A DNA stretch of 64,000 bases from a virus. Under the pieces are notes generated by a model, which saw only the letters and a program-made list of their open reading frames with translations, had not been told where the DNA came from and searched no databases. The translations under genes were made by a program, and so were the position numbers. The stretch lies in the IMG/VR virus record IMGVR_UViG_2925639251_000002; one strand, given 5' to 3'. Shown piece by piece: positions 30,327 through 41,322 of the stretch. The number at the start of each line of letters is the position of its first letter. Position 1 is the first letter of the stretch.

Positions 30327-30674
30327 TTGAATAAGGATACAAAAGATATTTGGAACGGTTTCTTTATCGGATCAGGTTCTCTGATTGTAGTTGGGTTACT
30401 TATTTTTGTTGAAGCATTGACTATGTCACTAGTTGTCTATTATGGATTGAATCACGTGTTAAATCCTTTGCTTATTGATACATACAACATTCAAAATGTC
30501 CATATCACTTTACCTCATGCATTTGTTATTGGTGTTTTACTCAACGTATTTGTCAAAGGTGTAAAACGGTCAGATCAGGAAAAAGATGAGAACATTTTCA
30601 AGAAAGCCGGTAAGTCTTTACTTCATTCAGCTTTCGCATTGATTGTTCTGTATGTTAGCACATTGTTTATCTAA
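30327..30674 (+). CDS. Membrane protein (YosE-like)
   Basis: 115 aa, three hydrophobic segments. Confidence 0.65.
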   Translation: MNKDTKDIWNGFFIGSGSLIVVGLLIFVEALTMSLVVYYGLNHVLNPLLIDTYNIQNVHITLPHAFVIGVLLNVFVKGVKRSDQEKDENIFKKAGKSLLHSAFALIVLYVSTLFI

Positions 30675-30950
30675 GGAGGCACTCATGATGACTAATGATA
30701 ATGCTGCAAAGATTATTTTAAAAAAGAAATCAACTGGTGAAATAGTCGGCGAAATGAAAGTTACACCTTTACCTGCTGACACCATTTTGCAAACCGACAA
30801 TAAGTCTAAATAAAAGTTTTATTCTATTGAAACATTAATAGTGGATATTGGATCAAGTTCAAGCATCGTCGAAAAAATACAAACAAAAAATGTTCATATA
30901 GGGATTAACTATAACTAGAATTTCTAAAAATCAAAGTTGAAATAGGTGAT

Positions 30951-31739
30951 TTGATGGGGAAAGAGCTATTAGGAAGCATACAACTTAACAAAGCGTACCA
31001 ATTGGATTGTTTAGAGGGGATGAAATTAATTCCAGATAAAAGTGTTGATATGATTCTCTGTGATTTGCCATACGGAACAACTCAAAATAAATGGGATTCC
31101 ATAATACCTTTAGATAAATTATGGGAACAATATGAACGGATAATTAAGGATAATGGCGCTATTGTTCTTACTGCCCAAACACCTTTCGATAAAGTATTAG
31201 GAGGTAGTAATTTAAAACTTCTAAAATACGAGTGGATATGGGAGAAAAACAGAGGAACAGGACACTTAAACGCAAAAAAGATGCCTATGAAAAACCACGA
31301 AAACATTTTAGTATTTTACAAAAAACTCCCGACATACAATCCTCAAATGAGAGAAGGTGAACCATATCAGAGGTTAAATTGTTCCAAAAACGCACTTAAC
31401 AAAGGCAATTACGGTAAAACAAAAGATTCACACAGCACAGTAAGTGATGGGAAGAGATACCCTCTTTCAGTGCTTGACTTTGCTGTTGTCGAAAGAACAA
31501 TACATCCAACACAAAAGCCAGTTGAATTATTTGAGTATTTGATTAAAACATATACAAACGAGGGCGAGATTGTACTTGATAATTGCCTTGGAAGTGGGAC
31601 AACAGCGATTGCTTGTGAGTTAAATAATCGCAAGTGGATAGGGTTCGAGACAGAACAACAATATATAGAATTAATCAATAAACGTCTTGATTCTATTCAA
31701 TTAAATTATAATTTAGAAAATTTAAATGGGTTAACATAA
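30951..31739 (+). CDS. Orphan DNA amino-methyltransferase (N6A/N4C, beta class)
   Basis: Catalytic DLPY near N-terminus; HPTQKP; SAM-binding DNCLGSGTT near C-terminus. Confidence 0.9.
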   Translation: MMGKELLGSIQLNKAYQLDCLEGMKLIPDKSVDMILCDLPYGTTQNKWDSIIPLDKLWEQYERIIKDNGAIVLTAQTPFDKVLGGSNLKLLKYEWIWEKNRGTGHLNAKKMPMKNHENILVFYKKLPTYNPQMREGEPYQRLNCSKNALNKGNYGKTKDSHSTVSDGKRYPLSVLDFAVVERTIHPTQKPVELFEYLIKTYTNEGEIVLDNCLGSGTTAIACELNNRKWIGFETEQQYIELINKRLDSIQLNYNLENLNGLT

Positions 31740-31844
31740 TCCAGCAAAGAAGAATGCATGTTGAACACCTAAGACTGAGGAAGGGCACCGCCAAATTATA
31801 AATTTAAGTAAAAGGATGATTTTAAAGAAAGTGGAGGAAAGCCC

Positions 31845-32036
31845 GTGGCTTATGATGAGATTAATGGCAAGTTAATTAACCCAAAAGTAAGTGATGTAAT
31901 TAAAGCATTACAAGATCAACTTGACTTTTACGGCGACACACCAGTTAACTTCAGGATTGATGGTGAAGAAGCAAGGGATGAGATTCAATTAGAGCCATAT
32001 AAAAATGTTCTTGTGTTGCATTTAGAGGAAGTTTAA
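31845..32036 (+). CDS. Hypothetical phage protein
   Basis: GTG start after GGAGG. Confidence 0.6.
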   Translation: MAYDEINGKLINPKVSDVIKALQDQLDFYGDTPVNFRIDGEEARDEIQLEPYKNVLVLHLEEV

Positions 32037-32050
32037 GGAGGAAAGCTACA

Positions 32051-32263
32051 ATAGACACATTTGATTTTATCGGATGTCATTTTAAACACTATAAAGGTGG
32101 CATTTACAAGGTTATTGGAGAGGCTATTCACACTGAAACAGAAGAAAAGCTGGTTACATATGAAGACCATGACGGAGTTCTTTGGGCAAGACCTAAAGAC
32201 ATGTTCCTTGGAAAAGTGGTTGTTGATGGTAAAGAGATTAAGAGATTCACAAAAATAAACTAA
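32051..32263 (+). CDS. DUF1653-like protein with putative ATA start (70 aa); frame missed by the ORF track
   Basis: Translates to ...FKHYKGGIYKVIGEAIHTETEEKLVTY...LWARPKDMFLGKVVVDGKEIKRF; AAGGAGG 9 nt upstream of ATA. Confidence 0.75.
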   Translation: MDTFDFIGCHFKHYKGGIYKVIGEAIHTETEEKLVTYEDHDGVLWARPKDMFLGKVVVDGKEIKRFTKIN

Positions 32264-32430
32264 AAGGATGATGAAAATGAATAAAAAATATGGACTTTAT
32301 TGCATGGGAACACTTGTTAATACTTATGATGATGCTATTGAGGCTCATAATGATGCTGTGTATGCTCAAGAAGAAAGTGGAGTACCACATGAGGTAAGAG
32401 TAATTCAATAAAATAAGAGGAGGACATTAA

Positions 32431-32625
32431 ATGATTCAAGGATTTTATAAAGATCAGAAACTTCACCTTATAGAAGATCCTATGCAGCAGTACACTGTCA
32501 TGAAAGTTGAAGAAAATGCAGTATGTGTTTACCGATGGATCGATGACTATAGACACAAAATTGAAAGATTCACAGATGTTGATGAAGCTAAAAAGCTCCT
32601 TGGAGAGGGCTGGCCAAAACAATAA
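32431..32625 (+). CDS. Small phage protein (yos block)
   Basis: 64 aa, GAGGAGG RBS. Confidence 0.6.
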   Translation: MIQGFYKDQKLHLIEDPMQQYTVMKVEENAVCVYRWIDDYRHKIERFTDVDEAKKLLGEGWPKQ

Positions 32626-32665
32626 TAAAGGAAGATACAGAAATTTACAATTAGAGGACGAATAG

Positions 32666-32848
32666 ATGTCGGAAAGTAACTATAAACCGTCAGTTCCTAG
32701 ATGGGTTGGTGATATTCTCTTAAAACAGAAAAAACAAGATACATTCGCTACGCTCGAGGAAACGAAAAGGTGGGACGAGTGGAAACATAGATATTCAAGA
32801 AAATTAAAGTACGCAAGATTAAACGGATGGACGATTGAAGAAGAGTAA
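32666..32848 (+). CDS. Small phage protein
   Basis: 60 aa ORF. Confidence 0.55.
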   Translation: MSESNYKPSVPRWVGDILLKQKKQDTFATLEETKRWDEWKHRYSRKLKYARLNGWTIEEE

Positions 32849-32925
32849 GGATGGCAAAAAGATACGGATTAAATCTAGATAAACAGCTTTATTCAAAATA
32901 AAAACAAATAATAAGGAGATGTAAA

Positions 32926-33273
32926 ATGGGGGCAGCTAGACAGCTATACGTAAAGCGTAATGATCTGGTGACTATGGAAGAAGCAAAAGAAAATAAGAAG
33001 ATACATATGCAAAATGGTGAGTCATTTACAGTATTTAAGGGAGAACTTATTGCAACTGACTTAGAAGGACACCAAATGGTTATTCCTCAAAGCCAAAAGG
33101 ATAACTATATCCCTGTTGAATTAGAGGAGTTGTCTCCATATGAGACTCAAATGGCCAAAGGTTATGCTGAGATGGGAGCTATTAATAGTGAAATAGCTGA
33201 AGCATATTACCATGTTGAAAATGAAGCTGAATCTGCAACTACAAGATTAATTACAGGAGCATATAACGATTAG
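32926..33273 (+). CDS. Phage protein YosL-like
   Basis: 115 aa directly upstream of nrdI. Confidence 0.6.
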   Translation: MGAARQLYVKRNDLVTMEEAKENKKIHMQNGESFTVFKGELIATDLEGHQMVIPQSQKDNYIPVELEELSPYETQMAKGYAEMGAINSEIAEAYYHVENEAESATTRLITGAYND

Positions 33274-33668
33274 TGATCATTACATATGAGAGTAAAACTG
33301 GCAATGTAAGAAGGTTTGTAAAAGCGTTGCAACAAGAGCTAGACATTGAGGCAATTGAAATAACTGATGATACGATCATCAATCAAGAGTTCATACATAT
33401 TACATATACGATAGGCTTTGGGGAAGTGCCTGAAAGGACTTTGAGTTTTATCAAAAAGAATAAAAATAAAATTAGAGGAGTTGTTGTTAGTGGTAACAAG
33501 GTTTGGAGTGATAACTATGGTTTAGCTGGAGACAAGCTTTCGGCTAAGTTCCACATTCCATTGTTATTAAAGTTTGAACTTAGTGGAACGAAACAAGACT
33601 TAGAGAAGATCATTCAGGAGGTAAAACTTATTGACAAACACAATACCAAAGTGGATCAAGCTCAATAA
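33273..33668 (+). CDS. nrdI: Class Ib RNR flavodoxin NrdI
   Basis: YESKTGNVRRF, TIGFGEVP, SGNKVW, KFELSGT. Confidence 0.92.
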   Translation: MIITYESKTGNVRRFVKALQQELDIEAIEITDDTIINQEFIHITYTIGFGEVPERTLSFIKKNKNKIRGVVVSGNKVWSDNYGLAGDKLSAKFHIPLLLKFELSGTKQDLEKIIQEVKLIDKHNTKVDQAQ

Positions 33669-35982
33669 TGAGATCATGATTCAGAAAGATGGGAAGTATC
33701 AATTCGAAAAGGATAAGGAGGCCGTACATAGTTACTTTGTTGATTACATAAATCAAAACACAGTCTTTTTCCATGATCTGAAAGAGAAGCTGGACTATCT
33801 GATTAAAAATGATTATTACGAGGAAGAATTCTTAAGCAAATATACATTCGAACAGATTAAATCAATCTATAAGATTGCTTACAGTTACAAATTCAGATTC
33901 CCTTCTTTTATGAGTGCCTTTAAGTTCTACAATGACTACGCATTGAAGACAAACGATAAAACAAAGATCCTGGAAAGGTATGAGGATCGTGTCTCAATTG
34001 TGGCTTTATATTGCGCTAATGGCAATTACGAGAAAGCTGTTGAGGAAGTACATACTATGATGAAACAAGAGTATCAGCCGGCAACACCTACTTTCCTTAA
34101 TGCTGGACGTAAGCGAAGAGGTGAAATGGTGAGCTGCTTCTTACTTGAAATAGGCGACAGTTTGAATGATATTTCAAGAGCGATCGATATCTCCATGCAA
34201 CTTTCTAAGCTAGGTGGAGGAGTAGCATTAAATCTAAACAAACTAAGAGCCAAAGGTGAAGCGATTAAAGACGTAGAGAATGCGACTAAAGGTGTCGTAG
34301 GTGTTATGAAACTTCTAGATAATGCCTTCAGATATGCCGACCAAATGGGTTGATTTGGCCCCTTTCATCAGCAATGGTGATCGAAAACCTCTTTAATTCA
34401 TGGGAACTCCTACAGGGACAATCATGAGCGAAGCAAGACTAAGTCTTGAACGTGCAACGACTAGCCGAAAGGCGTAGGCTGCAAGCTATTGGCAGTCGAA
34501 ACAGGAGGCGCCCTTAGAGGGTGAAGATATAGTCTAACCTTCATGGTAACATGAAGCAGCCATATGGCGGGGCGTGCTTAGCGAACACGTTTGAATGGTC
34601 TGCAAAGACAAGGATCAGGAGCGGCTTATCTAAGTGTATTCCATCCAGACATTACAGACTTCCTTGATACCAAAAAAATAAGTGCTGATGAAGATGTCCG
34701 AGTTAAAACACTATCCATTGGTGTGGTTGTTCCTGATAAGTTCATTGAACTGGCAAGGGAAGACAAGGACTATTACATGTTCTATCCTCATTCAGTTTAC
34801 AAAGAATACGGGCAGTATCTCGATGAGATGGATATCAATGATATGTATGATGAGCTTGTCGAAAACCCGAGGGTTAGAAAATCAAAAGGGAATGCTCGAA
34901 AGTTGTTGGAGCAATTGGCCATTCTAAGAAGTGAATCTGGCTATCCTTATATCATGTTTGCTGACAACGTAAATAAAGTGCATCCAAATGAACATATTTC
35001 AAAAGTGAAGTTTTCTAATTTGTGTTCTGAAGTCCTCCAATCATCACAGGTATCAGTTTATACAGATTACGATCAAGAAGATGAAATTGGATTAGATATC
35101 TCTTGCAATCTTGGCTCAATGAACATTGTAAATGTAATGAGTAATCAATCAATTGCTTCAACAGTCAGAATAGCTATTGACTCACTGACCACAGTCACAA
35201 GGAAAACAAACATTGTAAATGCTCCAGCTGTTGCGAGAGCAAATACACTAATGAGATCAATTGGTCTAGGGCAGATGAACCTCCATGGATTTCTAGCTCA
35301 AAATAATATTGCTTATGAAAGTGAAGAAGCTAAGGATTTTGTTAATACATACTTTATGATGGTTAACTTCTACTCCCTGCAGCGTTCAATGGAAATTGCA
35401 CGAGAAACAGGGGAGACATACTACAAGTTTGATGGTTCGACTTATAAATCAGGCGAGTATTTCGAAAAGTACATAACAAATGATTATAGCCCTCAGTATG
35501 AAAAGATTAAAAAACTATTTGGAGATCAGCATATTCCGAATATTGAAGATTGGATGAAGCTTAAAGAAGATGTGATGAAATATGGACTGTATCACTCGTA
35601 TAGGCAGGCTATTGCACCTACGGGAAGTATCTCATATGTTCAATCATCTACAGCAGGTGTAATGCCAATTATGGAGCGAATTGAAGAACGTACCTACGGT
35701 AACAGTAAGACTTATTATCCGATGCCAGGTTTATCACCTCAGAACTGGTTCTTTTATAAAGAAGGTTATGACATGGATATGTTTAAGGTAGTTGATCTTA
35801 TTGCAACGATTCAGCAGCATGTCGATCAAGGAATTTCATTTACCTTGTTCCTGAAAGATACGATGACAACGAGAGACCTGAATAGAATAGATCTCTACGC
35901 TCATCATCGAGGAATTAAGACCTTGTACTATGCGAGAACTAAGGATACTGGTCAGGATTCATGTCTATCTTGTGTTGTCTGA
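33631..35982 (+). CDS. nrdE: Class Ib ribonucleotide reductase alpha subunit; exons 33631-34350 and 34603-35982 (699 aa spliced), no intein
   Basis: Splicing restores ADQMG|QRQGSGA; continuous KFSNLCSE; C-terminal CLSCVV. Confidence 0.93.
34351..34602 (+). ncRNA. Group I intron in nrdE (252 nt, no ORF)
   Basis: Exon ends in U pairing with GCCC; terminal G at 34602; core elements GCAACGACTA and AAGATATAGTCT. Confidence 0.9.
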
Positions 35983-36134
35983 TTAACTCTATAAAAATAG
36001 TATTCATACAATAGTTCAGAAATTAAAAGAAGGATATTCATTAAAATAGCATTTGTTAAATTCCCTTCAAAACACAGTGATAGCCCTAGATTAACAAGGA
36101 ACATAAAGATAATTTTTTGAACGTTTTTATTCAT
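35952..36134 (-). CDS. Putative small membrane peptide antisense between nrdE and nrdF
   Basis: 60 aa with two hydrophobic stretches; AGAGG upstream; alternative start at 36146. Confidence 0.45.
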   Translation of the reverse strand: MNKNVQKIIFMFLVNLGLSLCFEGNLTNAILMNILLLISELLYEYYFYRVNQTTQDRHES

Positions 36135-36248
36135 AAGTAAAACCATCCTCTTATAATTTTAGGGGCTTTATTACCCCGTATATAAGGGCTTCAAAGAGGG
36201 TGGTTTTACAGTGTCAAATCTAAAATTTTTTAAGATAGGAGAATATTT

Positions 36249-38046
36249 TTGACAAAAATTTATGACGCAGCAAACTGGTCAAAGCATGAAGACGATTTTA
36301 CCCAAATGTTCTATAACCAAAACGTGAAACAGTTCTGGCTTCCGGAAGAGATTGCTTTAAACGGCGATCTCCTCACATGGAAGTACCTCGGAAAAAATGA
36401 GCAGGATACTTATATGAAGGTACTGGCCGGACTTACGCTTCTTGATACAGAGCAGGGGAATACGGGGATGCCGATCGTGGCTGAACACGTAGACGGCCAC
36501 CAGCGGAAAGCGGTGCTGAACTTTATGGCGATGATGGAGAACGCTGTCCATGCGAAGTCGTACAGCAACATCTTTCTAACTTTGGCTCCAACCGAGAAGA
36601 TCAATGAAGTCTTCGAATGGGTGAAAAACAATAGGTTTCTTCAAAAGAAGGCTAGAACAATTGTTTCAATTTATAAAGCAGTTGAGAAGAACGATGAAAT
36701 TTCCTTATTCAGAGCAATGGTTGCATCTGTGTTTCTAGAGAGCTTCCTTTTCTACTCAGGATTTTATTGCCCACTTTATTTTTATGGACAAGGGAAACTC
36801 ATGCAAAGTGGAGAGATCATTAACCTGATTATTTAATAGTCCCTTTTGTCGGCAACGGCAAATGTGAACCTCTCTAATTGCTGGAAAATCCTTATTAGGA
36901 CAATCAGCAGCGAAGCTATGCGAACCCAAAGGAGGTGAAAATGATAAGGAAAGAAGTCGAAGAAGCACCTTGGTGGATAACGGAAACGGGAGTTATCATA
37001 TCAAAAAAATTAAAGAAACCAAGAAAGACATTTATTACTCCACATGGCTATGAAATGATAGGATACACGCATCCGAAAAAAGGAACACAGAACTATTTAG
37101 TACATAGGTTAGTCGCAAAATATTTTATTCATGATATACCAAAAGGAATGTTTGTAAACCACATAGATGGAAATAAACTAAACAACCACGTTCGGAACTT
37201 AGAAATAGTTACACCTAAAGAAAATACTCTACATGCAATGAAAATTGGATTAATGTCAGGACAACCTGGAGAAAGTAATTCAATGTCAAAGCTCACTAAT
37301 ATGGAGGCAACAAATTTAATCTATGATTTGATTGCTGGAATGAACAATGTTGAAGCTGGTGAAAAATACAGCCTTCATCCTCGTTACGTTAGTCTAATTC
37401 GACATAAAAGAAGATGGAAGACTTTATGGGATCGCATAGAACGTTCAACGACTATCGCATAGGCGGCGAAATTCCGCAAAACGAGTAGGGCGCAAGCTAT
37501 TGGCGTGGGTGAGAACCCCTTAAATCGAAACGGGAGGCATCCTACTGGGATGATGATATAGTCTGCTCCTTACGGTAACGTAAGGCGGTTGCGGTAAGGC
37601 AACGAACCGATAGTAGCGAAATCGGTTGAACTAAGGGTATTAGAGACGAAGCGATACACGGCGTATATGTAGGTTTATTAGCACAGGAGATATATAAGAA
37701 CCAAACTCCTCAGAAGCAAAAAGAACTGTATGCATGGGCACTAAGCTTACTGCAGGAGCTTTATGAAAATGAATTGGAGTATACAGAAGATGTTTATGAT
37801 CAGGTTGGCTTAGCTCCAGATGTGAAGAAATTCATCAGGTACAATGCAAATAAAGCTTTAAACAATCTGGGATTCGACCATCTGTTCGAGGAGGAAGATG
37901 TTAATCCAATTGTTCTCAATGGATTGAGTACAAAGACTAAATCCCATGACTTCTTTTCAACTAAAGGAAACGGGTACAAAAAAGCAACGGTTGAACCATT
38001 AAAGGATTCAGATTTCATTTTTACCGAGAAAGGATGTATGCAATGA
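36249..38046 (+). CDS. nrdF: Class Ib ribonucleotide reductase beta subunit; exons 36249-36829 and 37638-38046 (329 aa spliced)
   Basis: Splicing restores GEIINLI|IRDEAIHG; VHAKSYS and ESFLFYSGF motifs. Confidence 0.92.
36830..37637 (+). ncRNA. Group I intron in nrdF (808 nt) containing a homing endonuclease ORF
   Basis: Exon ...CUGAU pairs with AGUC; terminal G at 37637; core elements CAACGACTA and GATATAGTC. Confidence 0.9.
36935..37462 (+). CDS. yosQ: Intron-encoded HNH homing endonuclease
   Basis: VHRLVA...[20 protein letters not shown] motif. Confidence 0.88.
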   Translation: MKMIRKEVEEAPWWITETGVIISKKLKKPRKTFITPHGYEMIGYTHPKKGTQNYLVHRLVAKYFIHDIPKGMFVNHIDGNKLNNHVRNLEIVTPKENTLHAMKIGLMSGQPGESNSMSKLTNMEATNLIYDLIAGMNNVEAGEKYSLHPRYVSLIRHKRRWKTLWDRIERSTTIA

Positions 38047-38285
38047 GATTGATTAAATTAGAGCAGCCTAATTGCAATCCATGTAAAATGGTGTCCAATT
38101 ACTTAGAAAAAGCAAATATTCAATTTGAGACAGTTGACGTTACACAGGAACCAGAAGTGGCAGCTAGATTTGGTGTTATGGGAGTACCGGTAACTATTTT
38201 GCTGAGTGATCAAGGAGAGGAAGTAAACCGAAGTATTGGTTTTAAGCCTGATGAGCTTGATGAGTTAGTAAGGGAGGTTGTTTAA
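38043..38285 (+). CDS. yosR: Thioredoxin/NrdH-like redoxin
   Basis: CNPC active site, GVPVT. Confidence 0.85.
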   Translation: MRLIKLEQPNCNPCKMVSNYLEKANIQFETVDVTQEPEVAARFGVMGVPVTILLSDQGEEVNRSIGFKPDELDELVREVV

Positions 38286-38529
38286 AATTACAGAAGAACA
38301 AAAGTCTTTAATAAAGATTGGTGACAAACTGAAATGTCTAAAAGGCGATTGGTGTTTTGAAACCAATTGCAATTACACAGTTTATGGAGATAGTGAAGAC
38401 AACACTGGTACACCAGTTATCTGGTGTGATGAAATTTCTCCTCATACAGTAAGGAGTTTAAATTTAGAACAGTGGGAAATCGTTCAGCAAACAACAATAA
38501 ATGAAGTTAAAATGGAGGAGATAATTTAG
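38278..38529 (+). CDS. Hypothetical phage protein (start possibly ATT 38287)
   Basis: ORF; GGAGG abuts TTG but lies 9 nt before an in-frame ATT. Confidence 0.55.
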   Translation: MFKITEEQKSLIKIGDKLKCLKGDWCFETNCNYTVYGDSEDNTGTPVIWCDEISPHTVRSLNLEQWEIVQQTTINEVKMEEII

Positions 38530-39035
38530 TGGGATTATTGATATTGGCTGGAATTGTGCTTGTTATAACAACAATATTTGTTTTAATAGATACATACGGA
38601 GAATTGATTTTATCTATAATCTGTGGATTCGTTGCTGCATTTGTTGTACTATTTTTTGCTGGGCTAATTGTGGTGTTTTTCCCCTTTAATCATCACGCAG
38701 TATTAAAAGAAAAGGTAAATGTTTATTCAATTAAAGACTCCTCGAATGTCAGCGGTAATTTTGTACTTGGTTCAGGAATAATTGACGATACACAATATTT
38801 CTATTTCGTTAGTGAAAAGCATGGATTTAAATCAGTACATAAAGTTAAAGCAGAAGCTTCTAGAGTGAAAGAAGGAGATTATAAAAATCCATATGTGAAA
38901 AAGTATGTCTATGAATATTCGAATAAATTTGTAAGGTTCATGTTTGGAGAATCTCCACCGTTTAAAGATAGCGCATACGATTTCTTTTTACCGAAAAATA
39001 CTGTGACCAAGGATTATAAAATTGATCTTGAATAG
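38529..39035 (+). CDS. Membrane-anchored phage protein
   Basis: Two N-terminal TM helices plus soluble domain. Confidence 0.7.
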   Translation: MGLLILAGIVLVITTIFVLIDTYGELILSIICGFVAAFVVLFFAGLIVVFFPFNHHAVLKEKVNVYSIKDSSNVSGNFVLGSGIIDDTQYFYFVSEKHGFKSVHKVKAEASRVKEGDYKNPYVKKYVYEYSNKFVRFMFGESPPFKDSAYDFFLPKNTVTKDYKIDLE

Positions 39036-39084
39036 TCAATAAAAGGGTAATTTTAATCAAATTTAAATTAAAAGGAGCTAATAA

Positions 39085-39447
39085 ATGTATTTCATTGAAA
39101 CTCAAGAAGGATTAATTGGTAAAGAAGTTGCTTATGTGTGGGCAAATCAGTTTTGTGAGCAAACAACAATTATTACTAAGGATGGGGGCGTGTTTATGAC
39201 TTGTCAACAAGCTGGTTGGGATAATGACTATGAGACAAGAATTTTATACGCTTATGAAGCAAAGAAGATCTTACACCCTCTGAAAAGAGAATTACATGAA
39301 AAAGGTGTGATCGATGAAACAGAGTGGGAAGAGTATGAGAATGAGTTGAAAAAGAAGCAAGAGGCAAAAAGGGAAAAGTATCTCAAAGAGAAAGAAGAAC
39401 ATGATCGTAAGCTATATGAAGAGTTGAGGGCAAAGTTCGAACAATAA
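39085..39447 (+). CDS. Hypothetical phage protein
   Basis: 120 aa, charged C-terminus. Confidence 0.65.
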   Translation: MYFIETQEGLIGKEVAYVWANQFCEQTTIITKDGGVFMTCQQAGWDNDYETRILYAYEAKKILHPLKRELHEKGVIDETEWEEYENELKKKQEAKREKYLKEKEEHDRKLYEELRAKFEQ

Positions 39448-39518
39448 TGAACAGTTTGCTTAACTGAAGAATGCAATACAAGAACTTACATACCAAAAAC
39501 AAAAGGGGCTATTAAATA

Positions 39519-39947
39519 ATGCAAATTAAAATCAAATACTTAGATAATACACAAACAAGAATCAGCAAAATTGAGCAAGGAGATTGGATTGATCTTCGTG
39601 CAGCTGAAGATGTAGCGATCAAAAAAGATGAATTTAAACTTGTCCCATTAGGTGTAGCCATGGAATTGCCTGAAGGTTACGAAGCACATGTCGTCCCTCG
39701 TTCGAGTACGTATAAGAACTTTGGTGTGATTCAAACAAATTCAATGGGTGTTATCGATGAGTCGTACAAGGGAGACAACGATTTTTGGTTCTTTCCTGCT
39801 TATGCATTGCGTGATACTGAAATTAAGAAAGATGATCGTATCTGTCAGTTTAGAATCATGAAGAAGATGCCTGCTGTTGAATTGATTGAGGTAGATCATC
39901 TAGGCAACGATGATCGAGGTGGGCACGGTTCAACTGGAACAAAGTAA
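39519..39947 (+). CDS. yosS: Trimeric dUTPase
   Basis: [27 protein letters not shown] motifs. Confidence 0.92.
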   Translation: MQIKIKYLDNTQTRISKIEQGDWIDLRAAEDVAIKKDEFKLVPLGVAMELPEGYEAHVVPRSSTYKNFGVIQTNSMGVIDESYKGDNDFWFFPAYALRDTEIKKDDRICQFRIMKKMPAVELIEVDHLGNDDRGGHGSTGTK

Positions 39948-40034
39948 TTTACCATGTAGACAGTCTCTTTTTGGACTGAAACTTTTATAAAGCATTAACG
40001 TAGTACTTTATAAAGGGAATAAGGAGGTTTCTTC

Positions 40035-40217
40035 ATGGGGTTGAATTTCTTTAATGCAGAGTTAAAGTGCTCAAACTGCGGTAAAGTACTAAATTCAGGT
40101 GATGAAATAGTGGTACATATTACCCTGCCAAGTCAAAAGAAAATGCCTGTTGGTATCTTAGACAAAGTATTAAGTAAACACTCTGATAAGGTTTATTGTA
40201 AGAAGTGTAGTGAGTAA
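40035..40217 (+). CDS. Small Zn-finger-like protein
   Basis: CSNC...CKKC. Confidence 0.6.
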   Translation: MGLNFFNAELKCSNCGKVLNSGDEIVVHITLPSQKKMPVGILDKVLSKHSDKVYCKKCSE

Positions 40218-40326
40218 GTTTTCAATGTTATGAGGATGCTCCTAGAGGTTTCCTCATAACAAATATCAATTTAAATTAGAAAATAAAGAATACTTTTATC
40301 TAAAATCAATAAGGAGGAAAGAGAAC

Positions 40327-40524
40327 ATCAACAACAAAGAAAGAGCTTTACAAGCAAAATATGATGATATGCTTTATAGGAACGGTCTTTGCTTTGGATT
40401 TCTTCAGTTGCAAGGACTTGAAGATGAATTCATTGAACATATGAGACAAGTTGCTGAGTACGAGAAAGACCTGAGATACAAAAGTGCAGCAACTAATTTC
40501 TTAAAGATGATCGACCATAATTAA
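40327..40524 (+). CDS. Small phage protein (65 aa) with putative ATC start
   Basis: AAGGAGG 9 nt upstream; open to TAA 40524. Confidence 0.5.
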   Translation: MNNKERALQAKYDDMLYRNGLCFGFLQLQGLEDEFIEHMRQVAEYEKDLRYKSAATNFLKMIDHN

Positions 40525-40541
40525 AATAGGCGGGTGATTAA

Positions 40542-40835
40542 TTGTTAAAGGATAAAAATAAAATATTAAAGAGTATTGAAAAGATCAACAAACTTGAAGA
40601 AGGGTTGTCACTATTTGAAGAAGGTGACGAAGAATATTTAAGTGTATTAGTGAAAATTCAGGGGCTATATGATGAAATCTCAGATACTGCTTTAGAGTGT
40701 TTTAAAGAGATGACTACAAAAATCAGGAAAACTGGTCAGAAACGGATTGTAAAAGGGATTGATCAGTTACCACATGCAATTAAAGAAAGTATTGCTGATC
40801 AAGTGAATGGTCTTAAAGGGGAGCTATTTGAATAA
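40542..40835 (+). CDS. Hypothetical phage protein
   Basis: 97 aa ORF. Confidence 0.6.
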   Translation: MLKDKNKILKSIEKINKLEEGLSLFEEGDEEYLSVLVKIQGLYDEISDTALECFKEMTTKIRKTGQKRIVKGIDQLPHAIKESIADQVNGLKGELFE

Positions 40836-40905
40836 AAGCAAATATGAATGGTGTTGAATTTGAGGGTGAGTAATAGCTAATCAAACACAAATATAAAATT
40901 AGGAG

Positions 40906-41322
40906 ATGTTTATTATAACATATGTAACTTTATTTCTAGCAGCTTATCTAATTGCATTAAACATTAATGAGGTCAGATTGATTGTTCGAGGAGAAGGTAA
41001 TGCGTATAGAAAAGTAAAGAATGTGGTCGATAATTCATCATTAGAAAATATGAAACGAAATAAGAATTTGATTTACCTGTTTACTTTGCTCAAGGGGATA
41101 TCTTTCATTGTCCCTTTGGCTTATATCGGATTAATTATGCATGATAACATTCTAATGCTTGCTTGGACAGCAGTTTCACTTATTTATGTTGTCCTTAGTA
41201 TGTTTAAAGTTTTAGATGTATTAGAAGGTGAAAGAATCAAGCAAAACACATATTTTTACTTGTTATTTGTTTGTGGGAATTTTCTTTTTGTTGTATTTTA
41301 TTTGGCAGATATATTCGTATAA
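40906..41322 (+). CDS. Membrane protein
   Basis: Four hydrophobic segments. Confidence 0.65.
   Translation: MFIITYVTLFLAAYLIALNINEVRLIVRGEGNAYRKVKNVVDNSSLENMKRNKNLIYLFTLLKGISFIVPLAYIGLIMHDNILMLAWTAVSLIYVVLSMFKVLDVLEGERIKQNTYFYLLFVCGNFLFVVFYLADIFV

Noticed and set aside
32061-32258. ORF-track protein MILSDVILNT...
   Set aside because: Wrong frame: the overlapping frame 32051-32263 gives a recognisable DUF1653-like protein and fits the RBS
34351-34602. nrdE and nrdF apparently broken (pseudogenes)
   Set aside because: The breaks are group I introns; removing them restores both frames
35000-35040. Possible intein in nrdE
   Set aside because: Sequence is continuous through KFSNLCSE and the spliced length (699 aa) equals an intein-free NrdE
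39820-39850. dUTPase motif-4 variant (DDRICQ instead of GDRICQ)
   Set aside because: Single substitution with the other motifs intact; cannot infer loss of function from sequence alone
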